Assembly: GCA_964010765.1 (NCBI GenBank)
Contig: CAXGMD010000062.1
Span: 1-20,926 of the forward strand
Source of the DNA: an uncultured bacterium
GTDB lineage: Bacteria > SAR324 > NAC60-12
Direction of reading: 5' to 3'
DNA length: 20,926 nt
In this document: one piece after another, positions 8,470 through 17,630 of the stretch
Layout: every line of letters starts with the position of its first letter
Position numbering within the stretch: position 1 is the stretch's first letter
Notes under the pieces: model-generated
What the model saw: the letters and a program-made list of their open reading frames with translations, nothing else
Told to the model about the DNA's origin: nothing
Database searches by the model: none
Program-made: the position numbers and the translations under genes

Positions 8470-8556
8470 AAACTCATTCAAACTCATTCTCTGAGTTATT
8501 TATTTTCAGAGGTTAAAGGTAGAAAGAATTTTCTATCTTTTGACAGAAATTTTCTG
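8470..8556. promoter_or_regulatory. Repeat-rich AT-rich upstream region of the chemosensory operon (candidate operator sites)
   Basis: Tandem AAACTCATTC x2 (8470-8489). Inverted repeats AACTCA-N5-TGAGTT (8481-8497), AAAGGTAGAAA-N4-TTTCTATCTTT (8515-8540, one mismatch) and CAGAAA-T-TTTCTG (8544-8556). Confidence 0.35.
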
Positions 8557-8617
8557 GTCTAAATTTGAATAACTTCATCATCTCGTCACATTGGCTTTCC
8601 TTTCAAGAATGGTAGTT

Positions 8618-8908
8618 ATGGAGTACCGACTATCGCAAAATTTGGTGGTGATCGAAGAACCATTGGAAAAAAACAACGTCAACCAACTGAAGGAAATTCT
8701 GACGAAAACTCCTGAACCTCCAGAAAGTTTAACAATTGATCTGAGTAAATCTCCCATGATTGATACTGCGGGGATTCAACTCTTAATTGCGATGAGGGAG
8801 TTCATGCTCAATAAAGATCGAGAGCTAAAGATTATCTTCAATGAACAATTGGAAGAGATACTTAACTGGTGCGGAGTTGGTTGGCTGGCAAAAGAGAATA
8901 AGGAATGA
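8618..8908 (+). CDS. STAS-domain (anti-sigma-factor antagonist-like) protein of chemosensory clusters
   Basis: Contains LTIDLSKSPMIDTAGIQLLIAM, the STAS D[S/T]xG motif. About 96 aa. Its stop overlaps the next start (ATGA at 8905-8908). The start could alternatively be ATG 8609. Confidence 0.85.
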   Translation: MEYRLSQNLVVIEEPLEKNNVNQLKEILTKTPEPPESLTIDLSKSPMIDTAGIQLLIAMREFMLNKDRELKIIFNEQLEEILNWCGVGWLAKENKE

Positions 8909-10314
8909 ACGCCAAAATTCTGATGGTCGATGACTCCAAAACCATACGCTTTCAGGTCCGTAAAATTTTGGAGGCTGAGCCAGATCATGACTACGACATC
9001 TCTGAAGCAGCGGATGGGAAGGAGGCGCTGGATGTTGTGGCAGCATCCACTAAGGAAAAGCTACCGGATTTGGTGTTGCTTGATCGCAACATGCCAAGGA
9101 TGAATGGGGATGAGTTTATTCGGATCTTCAAAGCTGATCCTCAGTGGGGTCATATCCCGGTGTTGTTTCTGACAACTCATGGAGAAATCGAAGAACTGGT
9201 GAGAGGACTGACAGAATTACAGGCGGATGATTATTTGGGGAAGCCATTTAACCCATCGGAATTACAGGCCCGTGTTAAATCTCTGCTCCGTGTCAGGATG
9301 GCAGAAAAGGAAACACTGAGACTCAACAGTGAGTTGGATCAATCTCTTAAAGAACAGAAACTTCAATTTGAAGAATTAAAAAAGACAAAAGTTGAGCTCG
9401 CAGAGATCTCAGCTGTTGCTGAATTAACAAGGATTTTTGAGAAATTTGTTCCCCGCGAATTCCTTGATCGCATCGCCAAGACTGGTATCGAAAACATCAC
9501 TCTTGGTCATGCAGAGAGTGACGTCATCACAATACTGTTCTCTGACATTCGGTCATTCACAGATATTTCAGAATCAATGGAGCCGGCGGAACTGATGCAG
9601 TTCCTCAATACCTTTCTCCAGTTTATGTCAGAACCCATCCATTTGAATCATGGCTTTGTAGACAAGTTTATTGGTGACGCCATCATGGCGCTATTTGATC
9701 AACCGGGAAAGCCCGATGCGATTGAAGCTCGAGATGCCGTTCGTTCAGGCATTGAGATGCAGGCGAGCTTGGTTCGCTTCAATAAATTAAGGGCAAAGCA
9801 GAACTATCCACCAACAAATATTGGTATCGGGGTTCACAGTGGGCCGGTAGTGATTGGTACTCTTGGATCAGATACCAGAATGGATTCAACCGTTTTGGGT
9901 GATGCAGTCAACTTGGCAGCACGTCTTGAGGGTTTAACCAAAAATTATCGTCTTCCGATGTTGGTGTCGGAAGACTCAAAAAACCTGATCAGTCATCTTG
10001 AAGAATTTAACTGGCGCCTTCTAGATCGCATAACGGTCAAGGGTAAGTCTGAGCCTGTTCGTATCTTTGAAGTCTTCAATCAATATTCAGATAAAAATTA
10101 CGAAAACAAGCTCAAGGCGGCGAGTGTTTTTGAGGAAGCCATGACACCTTACCTGAATCAAAATTGGGAATTAGCGATTGAGGGATTCAAAGAGTGCGAA
10201 GAGCTTTTACCAGAGGATGCATCAATTGAAATGCACTTAAAGAGAGCGCATAGCTATCAAGAAACGCCCCCAACTGAAGATTGGGATGGGGTACACCGCT
10301 ACTTCAGCAAATAG
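8905..10314 (+). CDS. Response regulator receiver - coiled coil - class III adenylate/guanylate cyclase (predicted adenylate cyclase)
   Basis: REC domain: KILMVDDS, DLVLLD60RNMP, LFLT and YLGKPF. Cyclase domain: ILFSDIRSFT, VDKFIGDAIMALF, IGIGVHSGPVVIG, DSTVLGDAVNLAARLE and VKGKSEP. It ends in a short helical C-terminal tail. Confidence 0.93.
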   Translation: MNAKILMVDDSKTIRFQVRKILEAEPDHDYDISEAADGKEALDVVAASTKEKLPDLVLLDRNMPRMNGDEFIRIFKADPQWGHIPVLFLTTHGEIEELVRGLTELQADDYLGKPFNPSELQARVKSLLRVRMAEKETLRLNSELDQSLKEQKLQFEELKKTKVELAEISAVAELTRIFEKFVPREFLDRIAKTGIENITLGHAESDVITILFSDIRSFTDISESMEPAELMQFLNTFLQFMSEPIHLNHGFVDKFIGDAIMALFDQPGKPDAIEARDAVRSGIEMQASLVRFNKLRAKQNYPPTNIGIGVHSGPVVIGTLGSDTRMDSTVLGDAVNLAARLEGLTKNYRLPMLVSEDSKNLISHLEEFNWRLLDRITVKGKSEPVRIFEVFNQYSDKNYENKLKAASVFEEAMTPYLNQNWELAIEGFKECEELLPEDASIEMHLKRAHSYQETPPTEDWDGVHRYFSK

Positions 10315-10319
10315 TAAAG

Positions 10320-12464
10320 ATGGATTTGAGCAAGTTTGATCCTGAAGCGGTAAAGCTATTTCTTGAAGAAGCTACTGACATGCAGGATCAGATTGAAGAA
10401 AGCCTACTAACCCTGGAAGGTGATCCTTCGAATCAGGATGCGGTAAACAATGCGTTTCGTGGTTTCCATACGATCAAGGGTGGCGCTGGCATGATTGGTT
10501 TTGAGGAGTTACAGAAATACACTCACGAAGTAGAGTTTCTGTTATCAGATGTTCGTGGTGGCTCGCGCAATGTCACAGAGGAACTAATCAGTACCCTCCT
10601 CAGTTCAATTGACTGCCTGAGAGGTTTTTGTTCTGAATTAGAAGGCGAGGGGGATTTCGATCATACACTTGCCGAAGCTAGTTTGGCCCAAATCCGTATT
10701 TTGTCTGGTGATTCTAACAACCCGGCGGAGACACCAAAACCAGAATCAATCACCCAACCAGAACCCGCTCTCCAAGAATCAGTCAGCACATCAACCCCCA
10801 AGGACACCAGATCTAGGTACCTAATCCGGCTTAAATTCTCAGAGGATATTTTGGAAAATGGTGGGGATCCCATTGTTTTGCTGAAGGATTTTCATGAACA
10901 AGGGGAGTGTTACGTAACTCCTCATTGCCACTCAATCCCTGATTTGGAATTTCTTGATCCTACAAAACTGCATCTACATTGGAGTTTGGTCCTTTCGACA
11001 ACCAAAACAATGGAAGATCTGGAGGCCCTCCTCATGTTTTTCATGGATGAGGAAGGAGTGGAGATAAAATTGATTCAAGGGCCACCGGAAGAAACGCAGA
11101 CCAAGCAAGACATCAACGCTGGAGTTCTTGAAGCAACCACTGAAGAACCCAAACAGGCATCTATTCAGCAGTCTTCAACACATAAAACCTCAAAAAAAGA
11201 AGAGCCAAAGCCTCCGTCCATTCCACAGAATTCAGAAACCAAAGTACCTAAAACCAGCTCCCCAAAGAAGAAAAATGAGTCAGGGGGATCAATTCATGTT
11301 TCCAACATGAAGCTGGAAAAATTGATGAATCTGGTAGGTGAGACAGTCATCAACCAAGCAAGATTAAAAGAATTTGGACAAGAGCTTCGCTTAGCAGATC
11401 GAAGAATGGGTGATCTATATCAACAGATCGTCTATGACTCAGATATCGTCGTCCGGGAGCTTCAAGACCAGGTGATGAACATTCGCATGGTGCCGATCAA
11501 AGGCACTTTTTTGCCGTTGCAGAGAATTGTTCGGGATTACTGTGTGAGTTCAGGAAAAAAGATCAAATTGCTGATTTCTGGAGGTGAGACGGAACTGGAT
11601 AAAAATGTTTCAGAAAAGCTTGGTGGTCCACTGAAGCATCTTGTCCGTAACGCAATGGATCATGGGATCGAGTCGATTGAAAAAAGATTAGAAGCTGGCA
11701 AGGAGGAGGAAGGGACGATTTACTTGCGAGCTTTTCATGGGGAAGGCCATGTCTTTATTGAAGTTCAAGATGACGGTGGAGGAATAAATTCAGAGGTGAT
11801 TCTTAAGAAAGCCCTAAAGAAAGGCCTCATTGATGAGAAAGCAGACTTGGACGAACAGGAAATTTTTCGACTCTTATTCCATGCTGGTTTTTCTACGGCT
11901 GAAAACGTCTCGGACATCTCTGGCAGAGGAGTGGGAATGGATGTTGTTCGTCAGGAGATTGAATCATTGAGAGGTTCAATTTTCATCAATAGTGAAGTTG
12001 GGAAGGGCTCAACTTTTCAAATCAAACTTCCGCTGACGTTGGCAATTATTGAGGGGATGCTAGTCCAAGTACAGAATCAGATCTTTACGATCCCGCTCCT
12101 TTCAGTTCTGGAATCGATTCGACCAACTGCTGATCAATTCAGGACGATGCAGAAACAAGGTGAAGTGATTGAGATCCGCGGTGAGTATCTACCTGTTTTG
12201 AACCTTGGTAAAGCCTTCAATTTGGAAAGTGAACGAAAAAAAACAAACGAAGAAAAATTGGTTGTGATTGTAGAGAATAACAAGATGAGGTGCGGTCTCC
12301 TAGTAGATCGTATTTTAGACCAACAACAGGTAGTAATTAAGAGTATGGAAGAAAATTTCTTTCAAATTCCAGGTATTGCTGGGGCGACAATTTTAGGAGA
12401 TGGGGGAGTGTCTCTGATTCTTGATTTGCCAAGTTTACTAAGAAAGAGTTTTAAAACAAATTGA
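10320..12464 (+). CDS. cheA: Chemotaxis histidine kinase CheA
   Basis: Hpt AFRGFHTIKGGAG, a P2-like central domain, dimerisation LMNLVGETVI, HATPase HLVRNAMDHGIE / QDDGGGI / GFSTAENVSDISGRGVGMDVV, and a C-terminal CheW-like domain. Start set at ATG 10320, 5 nt after the upstream stop. Confidence 0.97.
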   Translation: MDLSKFDPEAVKLFLEEATDMQDQIEESLLTLEGDPSNQDAVNNAFRGFHTIKGGAGMIGFEELQKYTHEVEFLLSDVRGGSRNVTEELISTLLSSIDCLRGFCSELEGEGDFDHTLAEASLAQIRILSGDSNNPAETPKPESITQPEPALQESVSTSTPKDTRSRYLIRLKFSEDILENGGDPIVLLKDFHEQGECYVTPHCHSIPDLEFLDPTKLHLHWSLVLSTTKTMEDLEALLMFFMDEEGVEIKLIQGPPEETQTKQDINAGVLEATTEEPKQASIQQSSTHKTSKKEEPKPPSIPQNSETKVPKTSSPKKKNESGGSIHVSNMKLEKLMNLVGETVINQARLKEFGQELRLADRRMGDLYQQIVYDSDIVVRELQDQVMNIRMVPIKGTFLPLQRIVRDYCVSSGKKIKLLISGGETELDKNVSEKLGGPLKHLVRNAMDHGIESIEKRLEAGKEEEGTIYLRAFHGEGHVFIEVQDDGGGINSEVILKKALKKGLIDEKADLDEQEIFRLLFHAGFSTAENVSDISGRGVGMDVVRQEIESLRGSIFINSEVGKGSTFQIKLPLTLAIIEGMLVQVQNQIFTIPLLSVLESIRPTADQFRTMQKQGEVIEIRGEYLPVLNLGKAFNLESERKKTNEEKLVVIVENNKMRCGLLVDRILDQQQVVIKSMEENFFQIPGIAGATILGDGGVSLILDLPSLLRKSFKTN

Positions 12465-12477
12465 AGGGATTTTCTCA

Positions 12478-12996
12478 ATGGGGTTAAAAGAGAAATCTAA
12501 ATATGAAGACTCCTATGAATTTTCAAATCATGAGGGTCAGCAATACGTGAGTTTCAAGATCGCAGAGGAAACTTACATGGTAGATATTAAAAAAGTGCGC
12601 GAATTCATTACATATGATCGAATCTCTATCATTCCAAATTTGCCAGAACACTATAAGGGAGTGATTAATTTGAGAGGTTCAATTATTCCTGTCATGGACC
12701 TGAGATTACGGTTTGGATATCCCCAATTGGAATATAATGAGAGAACAGTTTTGATGACAATTTTTGTTGAAGAAAAACTCATTGGAATGGTAGTTGATAA
12801 AGTCTTGGATGTTGTCAATTTGCCAGCAGAAAATCTGCAACCTCCACCGGAAACAGAAATGATTGTAGAAAGGCAATTCTTGGAGGGGCTTTGTGAATGG
12901 AGAGGAGAAATGTTGATTTTACTGAATTTGGATTCATTATTTGCCCAAGATAAAGCCATCCAGGCATTAATAGGCAACACCGAAAATAGTAATTGA
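12478..12996 (+). CDS. cheW: Chemotaxis coupling protein CheW
   Basis: Motifs KGVINLRGSIIPVMDLRLRFG and IGMVVDKVLDV. Confidence 0.96.
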   Translation: MGLKEKSKYEDSYEFSNHEGQQYVSFKIAEETYMVDIKKVREFITYDRISIIPNLPEHYKGVINLRGSIIPVMDLRLRFGYPQLEYNERTVLMTIFVEEKLIGMVVDKVLDVVNLPAENLQPPPETEMIVERQFLEGLCEWRGEMLILLNLDSLFAQDKAIQALIGNTENSN

Positions 12997-13006
12997 TTGA
13001 GGATTT

Positions 13007-15574
13007 ATGACTAAGAACTCTCTCCAAGCCAAACTTCTCATTCTCGTGTTGGCTGTCACACTTACTTCGATCATCGTGATTAGTTATATCAGTATTTCGA
13101 CTCTTCAAAATGCTTTGGAATCAAAAGCTTTGCAGCAAATGGTCTCAATCAGAGAGGTCCAAAAATCTGCTTTGGAAAATCAGTTCAATAACTATCGAAA
13201 GCAGATTCAAACCATGGCGCAATCAAAATATGTAATTGAAGCTATGAAGAGTTTTGAAAAGTCATTTAAAAGTTATCCTAGTGAGTTGCTTCAATACGAG
13301 CCTCAGATAACTCTTCAACAAAGATCAAAGGAATTGAGGTCTTATTACACAGGAGAATTCTCAGAGGAATTTCAGAAAAGAAATGGAATCAAATCTGATA
13401 GAATTAATGAGGTATTTAGTCGTTTAAGTCCTGAGGCAATTGCTTTTCAGCACGCATTTATTGCGGATAACCCAAATCCGTTGGGTAGCAAACATCTAAT
13501 GGATAAATCAGCCCATGTTGAGCGTAGAGAGTACGCTGAATTTCACGCGAACTACCATCCTTACTTTCGTAATTTTTTAGAGAAATTCGGATATTACGAT
13601 ATTTTTTTAGTGGAGCCAGAAAATGGTAGAGTTGTTTATAGTGTTTTCAAAGAATTAGATTATGCAACCTCTTTGTTAGATGGACCATATTCCCAGTCAA
13701 ATTTTGCAGCTGCCTTCCGCGCTGTTCAGGGCAGTCGAAATTCGGATTTGGTGAAGATGGTTGATTTTGATGAATACTACCCTTCCTATCAAAGCGCAGC
13801 CAGCTTCTTGTCCGTTCCAATTATCGATGGTGATGAACCAGTTGGAGTTTTGGTGTTTCAGATTCCAATTGACCAAATCAATACTACTATGACCAATAGT
13901 GGAAGTTGGAATTCTGTTGGTTTGGGCAGGTCAGGTGAAACATACATGGTCTCTAATGACTACTCGATGCGGAATGATTCACGTTTACTCATTGAGGACC
14001 CCGATAGTTATTTTGGAATTTTACAGAAGCAAAACACCGCCGCCGAAAAGATCACTCGAATCAGAAGCCTCCAAAGTAGTATTTTGATTCAAAATGCCAA
14101 ATCGGAAGCAACCATTCGGGCGATCCAAGGTGAAAAAGGGACTGCTTTGGTTACCAACTATCTGGGTAACCAGGTTTTGAGTGCATTCAGTCCACTGAAT
14201 ATCCCTGACGTTAATTGGGCAATCATTTCGGAGATTGAGGAAGCTGAGGTCAATGAATATACGAACGAATTGATTATGTTGATCATTGCTATCGCAATTT
14301 TGATTTCAATTGTTGCAATGCTGATCACATTTTTCTATGTACGCAGTAGCTTGGCAAAACCGTTGAGGCAAATGGTTGCACAGGTTCAGGAACTTGAGAT
14401 CACCAAGACCCTTGATCTGAGAAGAAAGGATGAAATTGGCCAAATTGCAAATGCCATAGATTTGTTCACTACTCGGCTCTTTGAAATTGTTACCAAAATT
14501 AAGGATCGAGCCGCAGACATCAGTAGTTCTTCACAAATCTTAGCGGAAGGGAGTCAAGATCTTGCTACCAGAACAGAAGAGCAGTCATCTTCCCTCGAAG
14601 AAACTGCTTCTGCAATGGAAGAGATGACTTCAAACGTTCAGCAAAATGCTGAGAGTGCAAATCATGCCAATCACATCTCACAAAATATGCGTGACGTTGT
14701 TGAGGAAAGGAAATCACTTCTCCAATCCTTACTCGATCAAACCATCAGTTCCAATCAGAGCGACATCGATAAAGTGAGAGAGTCGAACGGTGAATACTTT
14801 GTGAAAGCAGAGCAGATGAATGATCAGATGGTTCTGGCAATGAAGGGGATTGGAGAAAGTTCTGAAAAAATCTCCGGAATCACCTCCGTAATTAACGACA
14901 TTGCTTTTCAAACGAATCTATTGGCTTTAAACGCGTCAGTAGAAGCCGCGCGTGCCGGAGAGCATGGGAAGGGGTTTGCGGTTGTTGCAGCTGAAGTTAG
15001 GAATTTGGCTCATCGCTCTGCAGAGGCCTCTGAGGAGATAAGTACCTTGATCAAGAACAGCTTGGAGCAGGTCGCCAAAGGAACTTCTTTGATGGGAGAA
15101 GTCAATACTGTCGTTCAAGAAATGATTCAAAAAGCGGATCAGGCTCTGGAAGCCCTCAAGGAAAATTCTCGACAGAATCTTGAAAAACTAAATAACCAAA
15201 CCAATGATAATTTGAAGGAGATTCAAACAGCAGTTTCTGAAGTGACCGATCTGATTGAAAACATCAAAGCAGCTTCAAATGAACAGGCTGAAGGTATCCG
15301 ACAAGTCAATATCGCAGTTTCAGAACTTGACAGGATTACTCAACAAAATGCCCTCTTGGTGGATGAGTCAGCGACTACAAGTCGATTAATGTCTGATCAT
15401 TCCAATGAGCTAATGAAGATCATAGAAGTCTTCAAATTGGAGCAAATCGAATACAAACCAGAAGAGGGATCAGGTTCTTCTCAAAAATTACTGACTAACA
15501 CCAGGAATAATCAGTCATCAGGGGGTATTCGCCCAAGCAGGTCCATTGATCACGGACTTCCAGATTTTGAGTGA
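13007..15574 (+). CDS. Methyl-accepting chemotaxis protein (TM - large Cache-like periplasmic domain - TM - HAMP - elongated signalling domain)
   Basis: Two TM helices, HAMP (RKDEIGQIA), methylation helix [18 protein letters not shown], hairpin tip [37 protein letters not shown], and [15 protein letters not shown]. Confidence 0.96.
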   Translation: MTKNSLQAKLLILVLAVTLTSIIVISYISISTLQNALESKALQQMVSIREVQKSALENQFNNYRKQIQTMAQSKYVIEAMKSFEKSFKSYPSELLQYEPQITLQQRSKELRSYYTGEFSEEFQKRNGIKSDRINEVFSRLSPEAIAFQHAFIADNPNPLGSKHLMDKSAHVERREYAEFHANYHPYFRNFLEKFGYYDIFLVEPENGRVVYSVFKELDYATSLLDGPYSQSNFAAAFRAVQGSRNSDLVKMVDFDEYYPSYQSAASFLSVPIIDGDEPVGVLVFQIPIDQINTTMTNSGSWNSVGLGRSGETYMVSNDYSMRNDSRLLIEDPDSYFGILQKQNTAAEKITRIRSLQSSILIQNAKSEATIRAIQGEKGTALVTNYLGNQVLSAFSPLNIPDVNWAIISEIEEAEVNEYTNELIMLIIAIAILISIVAMLITFFYVRSSLAKPLRQMVAQVQELEITKTLDLRRKDEIGQIANAIDLFTTRLFEIVTKIKDRAADISSSSQILAEGSQDLATRTEEQSSSLEETASAMEEMTSNVQQNAESANHANHISQNMRDVVEERKSLLQSLLDQTISSNQSDIDKVRESNGEYFVKAEQMNDQMVLAMKGIGESSEKISGITSVINDIAFQTNLLALNASVEAARAGEHGKGFAVVAAEVRNLAHRSAEASEEISTLIKNSLEQVAKGTSLMGEVNTVVQEMIQKADQALEALKENSRQNLEKLNNQTNDNLKEIQTAVSEVTDLIENIKAASNEQAEGIRQVNIAVSELDRITQQNALLVDESATTSRLMSDHSNELMKIIEVFKLEQIEYKPEEGSGSSQKLLTNTRNNQSSGGIRPSRSIDHGLPDFE

Positions 15575-15601
15575 ATTGAAAAATCCCAATGATCAACAAA
15601 G

Positions 15602-16465
15602 ATGCTGACGACTCCTTTAAATTTGGATCTTGTGGCTCCTCAGACTGCTAGCTCCCATCAGGAAGCATTTGATCTGCTCGCCAGGCTGGCAGAGAATCGT
15701 CTGGGAATGGATTTCCATAAGCGACGCCATGATCGACTTTTCTTGATGATCGGGAAGCGGGTTAAAGCTACCTTCAAAAAGAGCATCCTTGACTACCTCT
15801 CCTTTCTAGAAACAAATCCGAATCATCCGGAATGGGTAGAGATTGAGCAAATTTTAACAATTCAGAAGACGGAATTTTTCAGGGAATCCTCGCAGATGAA
15901 ATTCTTTGAAGAGACGATTCTACCTGAAATTAAAAATCGTAAATCCAAAGAAAGGGATTCAAAAGTGCGGGCTTGGAGTTGCGGCTGCTCTACTGGAGAG
16001 GAGGCCTATACTCTTTCAATTCTCTTCCATCAGAGATTTCTTCCTCCAACTGATTGGGATGTTCGAATTTTGGCTTCTGATGTTCATCAGAATGCCTTGG
16101 AAATTGGCCAAATTGCTGAGTACACAGAAAAATCATTACAAAATGTCTCCAAGGAAAATAGGCTGAGTTATTTTGAAAAAATTGGCCAAAATTATTGTGT
16201 CATTGAACCTTTGAAAAAGATGATTCAATTTCGTAAAATCAATTTGATTTCTGATAGTTATCCCATAAAGACAAAATTCAGTGTGATCTTCTGCCGTAAT
16301 CTATTGATTTACATGACGCCATTCTGGCAGAGTACAATTGTAAACCGTTTAAGAAACTATCTTGAGCCAGGCGGATACCTACTCTTGGGTCACTCCGAAT
16401 ATTTGGCTGACAAGAAAGATTTTCAGCTTACCAAATTTAATGCTTTTCAATCTCCAATCTCCTAA
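15602..16465 (+). CDS. cheR: Chemotaxis protein-glutamate methyltransferase CheR
   Basis: Motifs TEFFRE, RAWSCGCSTGEEAYTL, ILASDV, VIFCRNLLIY and LEPGGYLLLGHSE. Confidence 0.95.
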   Translation: MLTTPLNLDLVAPQTASSHQEAFDLLARLAENRLGMDFHKRRHDRLFLMIGKRVKATFKKSILDYLSFLETNPNHPEWVEIEQILTIQKTEFFRESSQMKFFEETILPEIKNRKSKERDSKVRAWSCGCSTGEEAYTLSILFHQRFLPPTDWDVRILASDVHQNALEIGQIAEYTEKSLQNVSKENRLSYFEKIGQNYCVIEPLKKMIQFRKINLISDSYPIKTKFSVIFCRNLLIYMTPFWQSTIVNRLRNYLEPGGYLLLGHSEYLADKKDFQLTKFNAFQSPIS

Positions 16466-16468
16466 ATA

Positions 16469-17548
16469 ATGAGCCTATCAGGAAACAAGATCAAAGTACT
16501 GATCATTGATGACTCAGCACTTGTGCGAAGAGTCATGACAGATATTTTATCAGCTGATCCAATGATCGAAGTGGTAGGAACAGCCCCAGATGCACAGATC
16601 GCAACAAGACAAATTAGAAAATTAGAACCTGATGTCTTGACACTAGACATTATGATGCCAGGGATGGACGGGTTGGAATATCTTGAAAGGCTAATGAAAT
16701 CTCATCCCATGCCGGTCGTCATGGTGAGCGCGTTAACCCAGAAAGGGGCGCCAGACGCTTTGAAGGCTTTGGAGCTGGGAGCAGTTGAAGTTATTGGCAA
16801 ACCTCAGACAACTGTTCGTGAAGGAATGGAAGAGATCTCCATTTCAATCGTGGATGCGGTCAAAGCAGCTGCACAGGCAAAATTGAAAAAGGCTGGGGAT
16901 ATCTTTCTAAAATCTCCTGAGAAATATACCGCTGATGCCATCATTCCAAAAAACCCTCCTCGACATCTCGGTCGACACGCCATAGATCCTCTTATTGCGA
17001 TCGGTGCTTCAACTGGTGGAACTGAAGCTATACTAGCTGTCCTATCGAAGTTGCCAGCATCAATGCCAGGGATTGTCGTTGTACAACATATGCCCGGCTC
17101 ATTCACGAAGAGTTTTGCAGAAAGACTAGATCGAAACTCTAAACTAACAGTGGTTGAGGCCACCAACGGAGAGGTTGTGGAAGCTGGAAAAGTTTATTTG
17201 GCTCCCGGTGAACAACACATGCTTGTGGAGAGCGCAAATCGTGGCTATCGCATTCGACTTAATGATGGTCCCCTAGTTTGCAGACATCGTCCATCTGTTG
17301 ATGTATTATTTCGCTCTGTAGCTCAGGAAGCAAGGCACCATGCTTTGGGTGTGATCCTAACGGGTATGGGAGATGACGGAGCTCAGGGGATGCTAGAAAT
17401 GAAGGAAATGGGAGCTTGCAATGTTGCTCAAGATGAAAGTAGTTCTGTGGTCTACGGAATGCCTAAGGTAGCCTTGGCCAAAGGTGGAGTGGATCAAGTT
17501 TTGACATTGAAAGAAATCCCTGAATTACTGGTCCAAAGAACTCACTAA
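16469..17548 (+). CDS. cheB: Chemotaxis response regulator protein-glutamate methylesterase CheB
   Basis: REC domain (VLIIDDS, LTLDIMMP) plus the esterase triad motifs GASTGG, VQHMP and LTGMGDDGA, and HRPSVDVLF. Confidence 0.97.
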   Translation: MSLSGNKIKVLIIDDSALVRRVMTDILSADPMIEVVGTAPDAQIATRQIRKLEPDVLTLDIMMPGMDGLEYLERLMKSHPMPVVMVSALTQKGAPDALKALELGAVEVIGKPQTTVREGMEEISISIVDAVKAAAQAKLKKAGDIFLKSPEKYTADAIIPKNPPRHLGRHAIDPLIAIGASTGGTEAILAVLSKLPASMPGIVVVQHMPGSFTKSFAERLDRNSKLTVVEATNGEVVEAGKVYLAPGEQHMLVESANRGYRIRLNDGPLVCRHRPSVDVLFRSVAQEARHHALGVILTGMGDDGAQGMLEMKEMGACNVAQDESSSVVYGMPKVALAKGGVDQVLTLKEIPELLVQRTH

Positions 17549-17630
17549 GAAAATTAATCTTTTAGCCCTCAAATCTCTTCAATCAATATCTGACACCTGT
17601 TTCCACTGCTGTTTATCTGTTTTCAAAACA

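Noticed and set aside
8295..8477. 60-aa minus-strand ORF in the intergenic region
   Set aside because: It is short and AT-rich, with no recognisable motif or convincing RBS, so it is unsupported.
8575..8590. Possible CRP/cAMP feedback site upstream of the che operon (TCACA at 8586-8590)
   Set aside because: Only one half-site is present. The position of the TGTGA half reads TCATC.
10281..10319. Extended CheA N-terminus from the TTG at 10281
   Set aside because: It would overlap the cyclase gene by 34 nt. ATG 10320, 5 nt after the cyclase stop, gives a normal Hpt start.
15420..15574. MCP C-terminal tail ending LPDFE as an NWETF-type CheR/CheB tether
   Set aside because: It does not fit the x-aromatic-x-x-aromatic terminal pattern, and this CheR appears to have the short beta-subdomain (YFEKIGQNYCV) of pentapeptide-independent enzymes.
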